From assembly GCF_009914755.1 (NCBI RefSeq), contig NC_060942.1: a stretch of 64,000 bases of DNA; one strand, 5' to 3'. The translations under genes and the position numbers were made by a program. Source of the stretch: the human T2T-CHM13v2.0 reference genome, Homo sapiens. Shown here in pieces: positions 41,341 through 55,200 of this stretch. The notes below the pieces were generated by a model. The model was given only the letters and a program-made list of their open reading frames with translations. It did no database searches and had not been told where the DNA came from. The first letter of the stretch is position 1; each line of letters opens with the position of its first letter.

Positions 41341-42944
41341 TATATATATTTTCTCATTAAGCTATATATATATATATATAGCTATTTATATATATAGCTT
41401 AATGAAGACATATTTCTCAAGAGAAGCAAATAGCTTCTTTTTACTGTGTGAATAGTAACATTACTTTTTTTGAAATAAATGGTAATTTACAAAAGGTAAA
41501 TAATTCCAATAGTGATTCTCTATTCACCGTTTTACAAACAATTCCTGTTAGTATAGTTGTACTTACAACATTTACAATAGAAACTTACTATTTTACAAAC
41601 ATTTACAATAACTTACAACATTTACAATAGAAACTTACTATTTTACTTAAATGCTATATCATACTGCATTTCTTTAAAAATGAGTATTCAAAAATCCTTT
41701 CATGACATGATGTTCTAGTCACGCAGAGTTACGGGACATGCAGCTCATGATGTCACCACCATTTCTTCAAGGGCCGTCTTGTTACGACTTTACCTTCCAC
41801 AGTTCACCTAATTAATAAAGGTGTTCGAAACAATCTAGGGGACAGAGAAGAGGATTAAGTCCATGGAAATCTCTCAATGGTTTTTCCTTGGATCCACAAC
41901 TTGAGGCCAGCTTCCCATGAGGTATCTATCTAGGGACTAACCTAGTAAAGTTTTGGGAACTCCTCCTAGTAAAGTTTAGGTCTGAGGGAAACAACATTCC
42001 CTCAAGATGGCTTTAAGGCAAAGAAAGAAATTAGCGCACAACTACAGAGGTAACTCAGAATCCACACACAGGAGTTTGGGCTCAGCCTCCAGAGGGACTG
42101 AAACAAGGAGCAAGAGCCTGCCCTCTTCCCATGCCCTCCCCGCCTCCCTCTTCTCTGTCCCACTTCCTCTGCTCTGCTTCTGCAGGGCACAGCGCCCCAG
42201 CCATCCTTGCAGGTTCCCTTCCATACTCCCAGCAAACAATGTGCTTGGCCTGGCTTGGCTCAGTGTCCATCCTGTTCCAGTTTCAGCCTGGGGGATGGGC
42301 AAGTTCTTTGTTACAAACAAGGCTGCAGGGGCCAGTCCTTTAAGGATGGAAGGTCAGTTCTAAGACAGAAATATGCTAGACAGACACTCCTAAAGGTGTC
42401 TGGTACCATCTCTAATGACAGTATATATATATATAATGATCAGCTGCCACTGGGGAGACATATTGCCATGATATCCCCTCAGATTTTCTCATTAGAATCA
42501 TGTGCAAATTGTAGTATTGGAAAATCAGTTTCCTATTCTCTCTGTATTTGGAGAGGCTTGTGAGGCCTAATTTGCCTTCTTCTCCGCTTGAGAATCTGAC
42601 AATTTCCACATCATCACAATGAAGAAACATATTTATGGTGTTTGGGGTTTTTTTCCCCAAAAGTCAGGTATAGAGTGTCTTTTTGACAAGCCAGTTACAA
42701 TTTTATGTCTCATTACTAACAAGCTTCCATTTCTCACTATCCATCAAATACAGAGTTTGCAACTTCAATCACTTTGAGGAACCACCACTCCTGGCCAATA
42801 ACTACCATGAAATCCCAAGTTAGAAAAATTCACTCCCTCCCTCCAAAAATAATGAAGGAAAAGATCCAAACAATTATGAGGAAAGATGAACATGATAGTT
42901 TATGCCATAGGGATATTTTCTTCTCTACTTTTGGAAAGACAAAC

Positions 42945-43350
42945 TTTTACTGAGCATCTCTTATGTTCTACACACGGGGCCTTCCTGTGGCACACAAGAG
43001 GATTTCATGCTTATAGCAACCCTGCAATTCTATGCATTGGAAACCGTCTGGGCCTCAGAAATATTAAATCATTTGCCAAAAAACACAGAAGTAGAATCTA
43101 AAGCTGATTCTGCCTGACCCCAAGGCTTACGTTCGCTTACTAGTACTAATAACTAGTATCTATTGAGCATTTGCTGTGTGCGAAGGCTCTGCCCCATTAC
43201 CTCACATATAGTGACTTATGTAGTAGACATAGGAACTACTATTAGCTTCGTTTTACAGGTGTGGACTCGGATGCACAAAGAGGTTAAGTACTTGCCCAAG
43301 TTTACACATCCTGTACACAGTGGAGCAGAGGTTAGAACCCAGGCAATGCA
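42945..43350 (-). mobile_element. Two MIR copies
   Basis: tttactgagcatc...; ttttacaggtg...gaggttaagtacttgcccaag. Confidence 0.7.
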
Positions 43351-44638
43351 GCCATACTTCCCATCAAGTTGTCTCCCCTGGAGAATGTGATTCTGTACAT
43401 ATCACGGGTCCCTTTGTGATTACTCTCAAGTTAATAGGCCTCAACTGTATCTGCAAGAGCAGCCGTGATCCAATCACCAGCGTCAAAATGAAATTAAGTC
43501 AAAATTGCATGGTTTGCCTTTCACTGCATGTGTGGAGAACAGAAATGACAATCTTGATAGCCAAGATTCTCAAATCCTTATTTCTCCCTAAAACAAGTAT
43601 TTTTCTTTATGGCCCCAAAAGATTCAAGACATCAAGATACGCTAAGGATGTTCTGAGTGAAGGAAATCCCTTTTCATTTCTGTCTGTAGGGATGTGTAGG
43701 TGTGTGAGTGTGTGTGTTTGGGGAGGGGAAGGACATACTGCTAAAGAATAATGGTAAATCTTTTCTAAGAATATTCTTTTTCTTATCTCTCCTAAGCATA
43801 TTTAATGCTGAGAGACTTTTAATGCACTGTGTTTCTCTAGTATCCCTTTTTCCCCCCTACTTGCTCCACTAAGTGTCTTCCAATTTCAAGTCACTACAGT
43901 GCAACTGGCTTAGATAATGTACTGTCATCCATACCTCATATATCGTGTCCAGGGAACTCGCCTTACTGTAAGCATCGCTTCCATTGCAGCAAGCTGGCTA
44001 TGGGCCATGACCTGTGGGGGCCCCAGTGCCCATTTATTGTAAACTATGGATTGTGGGTGATGCTAATGAAGTTCCTCAAAAAGCCACATTTGTATGACTT
44101 TACATTTTGCTGTGTTTCCTTAAAAATTGCCAGTAAAAGACTGGCAAAGGTGTTCTTTATTATGAATTTGTTTCCCCATTTCTTGATCTCTCCTGTATAG
44201 GGGAAACTAGTTCCATTCATCCCACAAATCTCAACAAATCCCTTCATAACCACTAAAAATCAAACCCCTCCCCTCAAAAATCCTAAAACACAAATGTGGT
44301 CATTACCTCCACATTTGGAGCTTTATATGCAAATTGTTTATGACATTCACAAAGCTAGGAAGGAACTGCAATAGCACTGTGATTCTGGAAAGATGAAGCC
44401 AACTTCAGAATTCAATTTTCAAAAGGAAATGCTATGTTTGTTTCATGTCAGCCTCTGCTTCAGATCAGAACAACAACAACAAATGAATAAAGCTAAAACC
44501 ATTGCTCTGGCTGGTTATTTCCAAGCAAAGCAGAGGCAGATGGAAAGCCACTCAGTTGGCTGTAGCTCCTCATGTCGTCTACTTCCAGTCACTTTGAAAG
44601 CAGCTGAGCAAAGCTTAACCCCAGTTGGATGAGAATGA

Positions 44639-44640
<2 letters not shown>

Positions 44641-44680
<40 letters not shown>
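44641..44680. repeat. (AC)20 microsatellite
   Basis: Direct. Confidence 0.97.
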
Positions 44681-44682
<2 letters not shown>

Positions 44683-45377
44683 CTATATAAATAACATTAT
44701 TTTAGAAATACAGACTGGGTTGTCACACACACAGGTGATCTGGCTGCTTCAGCAGTTTCGAAACAACAGTCTGGCTGCCCAGTTAGGGTAAGGCCTTGTC
44801 TCCTCTCCCCTCTCAACCATCCTATAGTGGGCAACACAGGATACAACCTTGGTTGTGTATGTGACCCTCAAGCAAATCCAACACAATATCTCATTAAGGA
44901 AAGATTTCTAGCAGGGAGCTTGTGGCATTTTGTAGATTTAGAATCAACCTTTGGAGTATAAACATACGTATGTATGTAAAGAGAAAATCACCCATGCCAT
45001 TGCATGTTTGCATTTACATTTATGTATATACATTATCATTTCCAGTTACCTATATACACATGAAATTAACAAAAAATGTTAGTTACACATACACATACAT
45101 ACACACATGCTTACTACACCGAACACGGGGAGAGGGATGTAGGTACATGAACTATATCAATGATTCATAGAGATTCTGATAAAGACTTGTACAGGGAAAA
45201 AAAGAAAGTGTAACATGATTTTTAAATGAGTTTCTTTCCCCTATATGTTCAGATTTCTTACCAAAGACCATTTTTCTCATTGCAATCTGGTGAAAACAGT
45301 TTGAGAGTTGCCTCTGCTGGTCTTCACCAGATGCAAAAAGAACACAAGCACCAACCCATCACATCTTTTGTTCTCAC

Positions 45378-45874
45378 CTCTGCCGGCGGTCTGTGTGTCA
45401 GTTCCAACAATTCCCCTGCCAACGGCTATAAATGCGTATCATACACACCAGAGCACCCTGGGGGGTGTGGAGAAATCAGGGCTCGGTTAGCTGTGTGATT
45501 ACAGGGTCGCATCTTATCATCCCTGTACACAACCTATCCCGTGACTGTTTGCAACAAGACTGGGCACTGGCTGTATCCAATCTATTTCTACGCCGTATTG
45601 TTAATGGTCAAAACTGGCCTTGTTCCCCTATTCCCTCCATTTTCCAACGGAAAAAGGAAAGGAACCGATAAGCCTGAGCTCAATTTGTTCTGGCAATTAT
45701 TGCAAAGTTCCTACTGTGAGGGAGGCCCTGCCCGTTGGTGCGGAATGACACGCAGCCATCCAGGGTCCAGACAAAAGGAGACCCTGCTTTTCACCAAGTG
45801 TATTCAGCCATGTATAGACATATTGGCTGAGATGCCTGCTCATTCACGCCTTAACGGGAAAAAGAGACAAGAAC
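45378..45874 (-). other. Candidate exon (non-coding or short C-terminal) of a minus-strand transcript
   Basis: Strong acceptor (tcattctc, T-run, ctttccag|G) at 45874; CpG-retaining, repeat-free body; possible donor GAG|GTGAGA at 45378 or TTG|GTAAGA near 45260, otherwise a terminal exon; stops in all three frames soon after the acceptor. Confidence 0.4.
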
Positions 45875-48800
45875 CTGGAAAGAAAAAAAAAAGAGAATGA
45901 AAGATTATCAAGTGACACCAGATAGAGAAAGGACAAAAACAAGAGGTGAACTTGGTGAAGAGGAAGAAAGGAAAGAATTTTGACCACAGAACAGTAGATC
46001 ACTGATATAATATGGGTATATACGTTTTAGTACTATTGACCTAAATTATGCTTTTATTACAGATAGAGGTTTCTATAATGATACTGAAACGTGAAATTGA
46101 GGAAAGTTATGCTTGGAGGTTGGATTATATGAGCCTTCTTCTATCTTCTCCTCTTTCTCTCCCTCCCTCCCTCTCTCTCCCTCCACTAAGCCACAGCTGC
46201 ACATTAATTCAACCAAATGAAACTGTTGGAATGAAATACCACCAAGACGCATTCTAAAGTGTAATTTTTCTGAAACATGTAACTTGATTAAGAAACCAAA
46301 GTACCAGTCAAAAGGTGAAAGAAATATATTATATTATGATGAAAAAGAGGTCATTTAAGAAAAGGCTGAAATAGTACTTCTTTTTGAAATGGCATATGGA
46401 GACTTTTATAACTCTGAAAAAAATGTGACTTTTTCTTAATACTTGTCCTTATTCTCTGCTCATGAACAGAAGGAAAATGTTTGTAGATAAGGTCACTTTA
46501 AATTCTAGGCCATAGCACATGTTGCTCTCTGCAGCCAAATGCCCTCATCTGTCTCCCTTTCAACTCCATCCAGTGATAATTGTTCCACCTACCTAACTCT
46601 CCTGTCTACTAGGAAAACAGTTGACAAGAGATAATGTCAGAGTTAGGTCCGTGACATACCAGAAATTATATCTCCCAGCAAAAGTCATTTATTTCAAAGG
46701 ATAAGTAATATAATGAACTGGAGGAAATTAAGTTAATTTTAAAATCTGTTATCAATTGCTTCTCTTTAGTCATAATGGAACTGGGGGGAAATTACAGATT
46801 CAATAGCAACATGCATTTTTTCCATTATGAAGAATGGCTTATTCAATGGATGAATCATTAGAGAATGATCCCTGTGGCCCTGTGGAACTCCACACGTAGA
46901 AGCAAAATGCAAAAGTTTAAGATGTAAAACATACTATAAAATTGTTGGAAAAAGTGAACTACAATCCCCAATGATATTACCTCTTATGGCAATTAAGATC
47001 CCGTTTGTCGGAGCATTTATAGCCTCAGGCAAACTCAACAAACCCATTCCTGGCTGTCGGTAATGACAGGTTTCTTAGGGAGTATTATTTAATTAACAAT
47101 AATTTGAAAGAGAAGCTCAGCTGAGATACTGCATTTACTTACTGGAAACACTAAGTAATGGTAAGTGAAAAAGACATGTGATTTGTTAGCCTTCCCATTA
47201 TCTTTTGTTTCTGAAATGCATCAGTAGCTGATAGGTATTTGCCACTAGATATTTTCAGCTGTCTGTGAGGACAACATGTCCAAAGAACTTTAGCTCTTAC
47301 TGTACAAGGCTGCACATAGTCCTGTGCTGTTTGATTCCGTTAAGAAATCCCCCAGGGCCTCAAATGTTCAGGGCCAGCATTCTTTGTCCTTCCCCCTCCA
47401 GACAAGGGCAACTGCCAGCTCCCCTTCCTTGTATACCAGGCTCCCTCCCACCCCCATACATCATTTGCTGCTAATCACCTAACTTAAGAGATGCCTTTTG
47501 TTCCCACTCCCTTCCTAAGTCGCTTTAGGCTGCATCAGCAACTTGGGGGCTGGCTGGGTCTTACTTCCCCCCGAGAGACGTGCTCAAACCCCACGGCATA
47601 GGCAGCAGGGGAAGGAAAACCTTCTTCCCTCAAAGTTACTGGGCTGATGTCCTCGCATCCGATGGCCTCTTTCATCCCTGATTCTAATTTAAAGACTAAT
47701 CTGGAACTGGCAAAAGGAGGGCCACTTTAAGTTGTCCTGACATACAGTGGGAGCTGGCAGCAGGAAGGGAACTCCACCACTCAGGGGCAAGCTCGGGAAA
47801 ATGCAAAAATAGCGCACTCCGTGAAAGGAGAAAAGTAAGTTATAAAACTTTTCATCTTGTCTGTTATTTCTTTGCCATATCTTTACGAAATGTTCAAGAT
47901 TGGTCAATGAAATAGAAAGATTGTCTTGGGAAATGAATGTGTCAATGTAATTCCTGTGGGAGCCAAACAAAGTGATCTGAGATAATCATTTTAAATTATT
48001 ATTGGGTGGCTGTTAATTGTAGTCACTAGTGCCCGTTAAAATTCCTGCCAACAGAAAATCTTTATCTCGACTTGATTTGTGATAAACTTAGAAATGAGCA
48101 GTTGGTGTGGAACATGGTTATTAAGCAAAGCAAATTTCTTTCATGGCTTCTGAAAAAGACAAATCTGAAATCCCAGCCAGTTAGGTCGTGCTTATGTCTG
48201 TGAGTAGATTAGGACGGGTTGTGTACACAGCACTAGTTTCCACCGTGGGTTAAGACTGATTGCAGGAGCAAAAGATTTTTCTCTTTGATTCTTTTGAGTC
48301 TAAAGTAGTTTTTGCTCAAATAATATCAAAGGCATCTGATTAAACACATCTCCCAGCAGGATTCTATCATAGGGCATACTTTATTATGAACAGTATAATC
48401 AGATTGATGTAATATGGCATCAGCCAGTGAATGTCTTGTTTTGAAACAACTTGGGGAAATAGATTTTTATCTCTCTCTTTAATCCTAATTTGATGCTATT
48501 AACCAATTCTATTATTTAAATTGACTATTAAGATTGGAATCCGTCTGATGTATCAGAATGTATCAGAATGTATTTCCCATTAATAAGGCTTTCTTTTTAG
48601 CCTCCTTCTTTAACCTTCATTTACTTTTAATACCGTGAAGAGAAACGTTTGCAAAATCTTTTTTCCTTATTATGGATTAAAGCATGTGGCTTGGTTCCTG
48701 TTAGACTGTTCTTAGCCTCATAAGAACAAAAACTGGTAAAGTTTACACGGGTTTCTTTTAGTAATTAGTTACTATATGGAAAAGATAAAAGGGATTATAG

Positions 48801-49929
48801 GGGAAAAAATAATAAATTTTGCAATAACAGCATTTTCCATTCCAAGGAAACCTAAATTCTTTTACCAACATAGAAAAGAAACATACAGCAATTTTAACTG
48901 GTAATGCAGTTTCCACTAGAAACATTTGAACATCTTTGTGGCTTCATTACATGGTATTTACATATCAGAAAGGGGAAAAAATATCAGCATAAAAGCAGTG
49001 GAAGCTGACTTGTAATTCCCAAATAACAATGATTTTTCCAGGCAGCAGAGCTAACAATTTTGCCTTGCTCCAAGTGCTACCTGGGATCAATCAGCAGGTC
49101 ATAAAAAATATCTTTTTAACTGATACTTTATAGCCAGTAAGAGTAGGAATATCTAGAATCAAGCATCATCATCAATTGATTGCACTTGGAAAAGGTAGCT
49201 CGTTCTTTTCACTGTATGCTTGTAAATTCAACATTTCTCCTAGGCAAAAATGAGTGAAATGTTATAAATGCTTACTACTATGTAAAATCAGCATTTTAAA
49301 ACACCATTGATTTCTAGTGTTTGTAAAAGACCCTAAAATCCTTTGCTTCCATCTCCCACCCCTGGCAGGTCTTCCTGCCAAAGTCAGTGTTACACTTCCT
49401 CCCCTGCAGTCTCTTGTCCCTATCATCACTCTCTACCGAAAGAAGGGCAGGAGATTTCTAAATCTCCCTAAGCAACCTGTCCCAGTTTATGAGCTTCAAG
49501 AAACCTGATGTTGTTTAAATTTCTTCTGCCACTGATTAACACTGTCTTCCCTGTTCCTGGTTCCTAAAGAGATGCTCATCTTCTGTGAAGATGAATTTTT
49601 AAAATGTGGATATCATTATTAAGCTGCACTTTGACCTTTTCTCCTCTTGCCTTAAAGATTTCCTTTTTTCAGACACTTAGATTTCATCTTTAGGGCTCCA
49701 TGGATTTCTTTGAACCTGCTCCAAGTTTCAAGCCGTCCTCATTCTCCAAACCTCTTTTCGTTGTGTAGCTCTCAGAAACTGACAACTTCTGGAGAGGATC
49801 CCAGTCCCACCTGCTGGTTCCTCGGGATTCTACTCTTTTAATATTGCGGTACAAGTGCCAAGATTCTCTTCAAGATGAGAATGTTATATTGCTGAATCGT
49901 TGTTCACTTTTTATTTAAATAATTCAACT

Positions 49930-50620
49930 CCAAGTTTTATTATATTCCTGTTGGTGCCGACACCATGCTAATGCTGAGAATACAGAGGTGACAGCCACTG
50001 TCCTCAGAGAATTTGCAGGCTAGCATGAAAAGCAACCATGTGGGCTGTGCTGGCATCATGACCAGAGTGGCAGGGGGCACAGAAGACAGGCCCGGGGATC
50101 AATAGATGTTCCCTGGAAGAGAGATTGCTTAGCAAGGAAGGGCCGGGGAAAGGCATCTGTCTTCGAGCAAAAACATGAAGAAGGTATTAAAATACAGCAT
50201 TTATAGTTTATCAGAGGGACCCCAAAAGGTTGAGGAACAGGGAAAGATGAGACAGAATGGTAGAGGGGGAGCCAGATTGTGTAGGTCCTTAAGGTCCTGT
50301 CAAGTATAGATTTTATCAGTTAAAAAATGAGGATCCATTAGAGACGTTTAGCAGGTGAGTGGTCCGATAAGATCACTCTGGCAGATAACAGGATAGATGA
50401 GAACAGGAATACCAGCCAGAGGGCTGCTGAAGGGATGGAAGTTACAACACCAGAACTATGGCAATGGCAGAAGGAATGGAGAGGAAAGACAGATCTGAGA
50501 AAGACTTACAAGGTAGAAATGGTAGAATTTGACAGGTCTAAGTAGCCAGATATAGGGGTGTGAAGGTGGGGATGGAAGAAATCTTACCCTGACTTCTGGA
50601 TTTTGACTTGGATGGCTAGA
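49930..50620 (-). mobile_element. L2 fragment
   Basis: caccatgctaatgctgagaatacagaggtga...aagatcactctggc...aggtagaaatggtagaatttg...gacttctggattttgacttgg. Confidence 0.65.
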
Positions 50621-51320
50621 AGTGCCAATCTTTGGGCTAGAATAAGCAGAGCAAAGGAAGCTCTAAATAAAATCAGGAGTCAAACTGGAAATAAATGATA
50701 TCCACTGTGACTCACTAATCTTACATTGTTCAATGAGTATCTCACTTCCAGAAGTTACTAGGTTTTATTTTATTCATCATCACTCTGTTTATCTCCTAGT
50801 ACTTCTCCAGTGATCCATGTGTCTAAAGCCAAGCCACAGATTTTACCATCGCTTTTACTTGTTGCATATTTGGAAAAATCTCAATGCTTAGTGACCATGA
50901 CTTTAGACATCCTTAAAAGTATGAATAGATATCATTGATATAGAACCTACTGTATAATAGCATGTGTTATTGCACTAAAGTGGAAAATGATCAATTGATA
51001 ATAATTCTCCACTAAGTACTGAACCATCAGGATGTTTTCTCTTTTGTTATGCCTGAACAGACATAATCCGAAGTTTTGTACATATAGCCTGCATAGAATT
51101 CTCTTCTTTAGAGACACCTGTCACATCATAAATGAAAATTAGACCAGTCTGACTAAACTTGTTCTGTTTTTTAAATAGAAAATAACTTTTTCTTACCCCC
51201 TTCTAAATGCAAGAACTTGCCTTTTCATCCTTGAGGGGGATTGGCTCCTTGTATTCTGAGATTGCTAAAGTTCTTCAACATTGAACTCAGTGGTCCTGGA
51301 TGCCTGTCTGGAATTCCAGG

Positions 51321-51820
51321 TGTGGCAGAGTGCATTTTCTAAAGAGAGCCACAATATTATCTCCCACCCCGCAGGCTCTTCTGGAGTCTCGCCACATCCC
51401 CGTTAAGATGCGTGTGGACTTTCAGTGACTCATAACCAAGAGAATGCCGCAGAAGACATGGCTTCTGCTTCAAGAACAGCAGCATTCACACCAGAGCCTT
51501 GATTGCAACTGCCATCCCCAAAGTCATCACTCTGTGACAAAGCCCAAATTAGTGCATGTGGAAATCACATGTAAAGGTGCTAAATGAGACCATCTGGAGA
51601 GACAAAGATGCCCGGCAGCCCCCAGTGGCACCAGACCCCCACTGTCCAAGTTCTAGCCACTATCTGATTGCAAACACATGAAAAACCCCACACCAGAATC
51701 ACGTAGCCAAGATATATCCAAATTCCTGATCCATAGAAAACTGTGAAAATTAATAAAATGACTGCTGTATTAACTACATTTTGAGGTGATTTATTTTATA
51801 ACAAGAGCTAGCTAGAAAAT
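51321..51820 (+). mobile_element. MLT1G/H-like MaLR LTR
   Basis: tgtggcaga...gccacaatattatctccc...ccaaattcctgatccatagaaaactgtg...aataaaatg. Confidence 0.7.
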
Positions 51821-52859
51821 ATGATTTAGTGCCAAAATGATCCAGTAGAAGGTCGATGATAAAGGACCACTGGATGAAATCTCCCTTCCCTCATTACAGG
51901 AGAATACAACTGTGGCCCTTAATTCAGGCCTTGGTCTAGTTGGTTACCTTGATACCAAAACTAGGCTGGTTTCTGATGCACTTGAAATGGCTGAGAAGAT
52001 TCTGACTTAAACAGTTCTCATTCCTGATGGTGCCAGTCACTTCTGGGATTCACGATGGCTTCACTTTGCATTAATGTATACCTAGTTGCAGATCAATTTG
52101 TCTTGGGCCATTTGGGAATCTCTCTTTTTTGATAAGTCCTTTGTTAACATAGAACTTCCCAAGAAAAATTAAAATGTAAGTATATATTCAATGATCTTAT
52201 CAGAGGCTAACTGGACTGAACTTTGTGGGGGCACAAGCACTCGGAATGTACTGAGAGTCCTCATTGAGAACACCTCGCACACTTGCTTGAAAGGTGGTTC
52301 CAGTTACTAAACTAGAGAACACTACTGAAGAACCATCGGGGAATTAAAAAAAAACAGCCTCGGAAAATGAGGACATTGAGCCGATCCTTGCCCCATGATT
52401 TTATTACTATGATATAATTAGAGGCAGGTTGCTGCTGCAGTCTCTAGGTCAAATAACAACTCTTATCATATACATGTGGCTGGGCATGGTCTGTTGGAGA
52501 GATCCAAGACCCAGTGGTACTAAGGAGAAGACAATGTTGCATCTCAGGCTGATAAACAACACCTTCTACAATTATCTTCCATAAAGGTAACTGGGATCTG
52601 TAGATAATGGATACTGTCACACTACCAGTCTAGGGTCAGCTAATTCCAACATAACTTGACTTACTGTACTAGTTTATTCTGAAGTATTTCTATAGAATAG
52701 ATTTTGTACTTATAAAACTGCAAAGTGGCTAAATTCTGTTTTCTGCAATTAAAAGGTGTGTGGCAACAATGTTAGAAATTGATAATAAACAGCGTTCTTG
52801 AGAACAGGTTTAAAACCAATTCTCTATCTTCCTTCCAAGACAGTTGCATAGTATTCCGA

Positions 52860-53720
<861 letters not shown>

Positions 53721-54429
53721 TTTCTACCTTTGATAAAGGTAGGGATAAAGGTTCTCTGGGAATCTTTCCCTACCTTTCTTATAATACTGGGAACGCAGTA
53801 TTATAAAAATAGTATTCACCTGCATGTTTTCTCAGTAGCTTGTTTTTGTTTTTCCATGTATTCTACTAACCCACATGTTGTAATTGTTCCCATTTAACTA
53901 TTCAGTGCATGAGGAGTAAACAGTGGATGGTGAAGAATAGAGATGTAGCCTCTTCTTTAACCCCAGTTAACCAACTTAGTGAAGAAGTCTTTTTTCCCAA
54001 ATATGTAACACAGATGAAGGTGGAGCTTAGTAAACGGGAAAGTGGCAATAAAGAACGGGGGAAGTAAGAAGACAGCTGAGCCTAGAAGTTTCATAATAGA
54101 TCTTGAAAAAGCTTTAGAATTTCTAATGTCTAGAAGAGCATAGTTCTGAAAATCTCTGTACTAAAGTATTTCCACTTCCTTGATCCTGTGAAACTGCAAT
54201 TGAAAGACACCATAAATATAAATTTATATTATATAAATATAATAGTCTCAAGTTTTGGAGGAATAAACACACTAACATGTAAGTGTGTACACTGATATAT
54301 CCATTCTGCTCTCAGAAACACTTAAAGTGTGGAAAAAATAGTTCTGAAGTATATAAAATATCTTCACTACATCTATTTCAAACCTTTCTTTTCTATTTAA
54401 TTCCTTTATATTTATTTTGCTTATTTGAA

Positions 54430-55200
54430 TATGTTCTTTTAAATTTTTGAGTCAGTTTTTATTTTATTGCAAGTAGAATATTTGCATGGGCCAAAAAAAA
54501 CCCCAAGATGGCTCTGAAAGACTTATAATAAAAGGAAAAACCATCCCCTGCTCCAACCTCAAAACCCAATCTCAAAAGGTAAACCCCAAAGTTATTTATT
54601 CGAGTATTTGCCAATACATTTCTAAGTCATATGCTTATATATATTTATTGAAATACCTATTCTAGATATTAGCAGTTGGTGTTCCAGTGGGGTAATTGAG
54701 CTCTTAGTTCTTTTTACACATATTCCCATCCACTCTCCCCTCCTTCGCCCTTCAACAGTTATATTTCAGTACTAACTAAAAGAATAGCCAATGTTTATTT
54801 ATTATGGATAAATGTTGTTTTCTACTGAGCAAAGTTATACCTGAAGATTTAATGCCCTTCTTATAGAACTTTGTGTTTTTCTTGGTTAACAATTGCCTAG
54901 GGTTTTCTTTTCTTGTCTTCTCTATGTGTGTGTCACTATTTTTCCCCCTAATGCTCAAAAAATCTGTCCTGTGCCTATCAATAATTTATCCAAATCCTGG
55001 AAGCTTCTCAGTCACTCCAACACTTCATTTCTTTCCTGGAGCCCTCCCTCCCCTCACCTGGCTGCTGTACTCACAGCCTGGTAAGCAACTGCTATTCTGG
55101 GCCTTCTCCCTGCCAGTCTCCTTTGTTGGATCCCCTTTCTCTTGGGTCCTATATCTTTGTAAGTTTACCATTTTGCTAAAATACACTGAATTTCTCATTA
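54430..55200 (-). mobile_element. Very old L1M/HAL1-like fragment
   Basis: Weak resemblance only (atgcccttcttatagaactttgtg..., cctttgttggatcccc). Confidence 0.35.

Noticed and set aside
42002-42660. Cluster of overlapping ORFs on both strands
   Set aside because: Locally higher GC lowers stop frequency; no recognisable protein or convincing splice framework
43320-43751. 143-aa ORF
   Set aside because: Starts in a MIR, runs into a GT-rich repeat, no recognisable domain
45226-45900. Plus-strand ORFs over the CpG-retaining segment
   Set aside because: No recognisable protein; the splice signals point to the minus strand
47774-47792. CTCF-like ccactcaggggcaa
   Set aside because: Mismatches at core positions of the consensus
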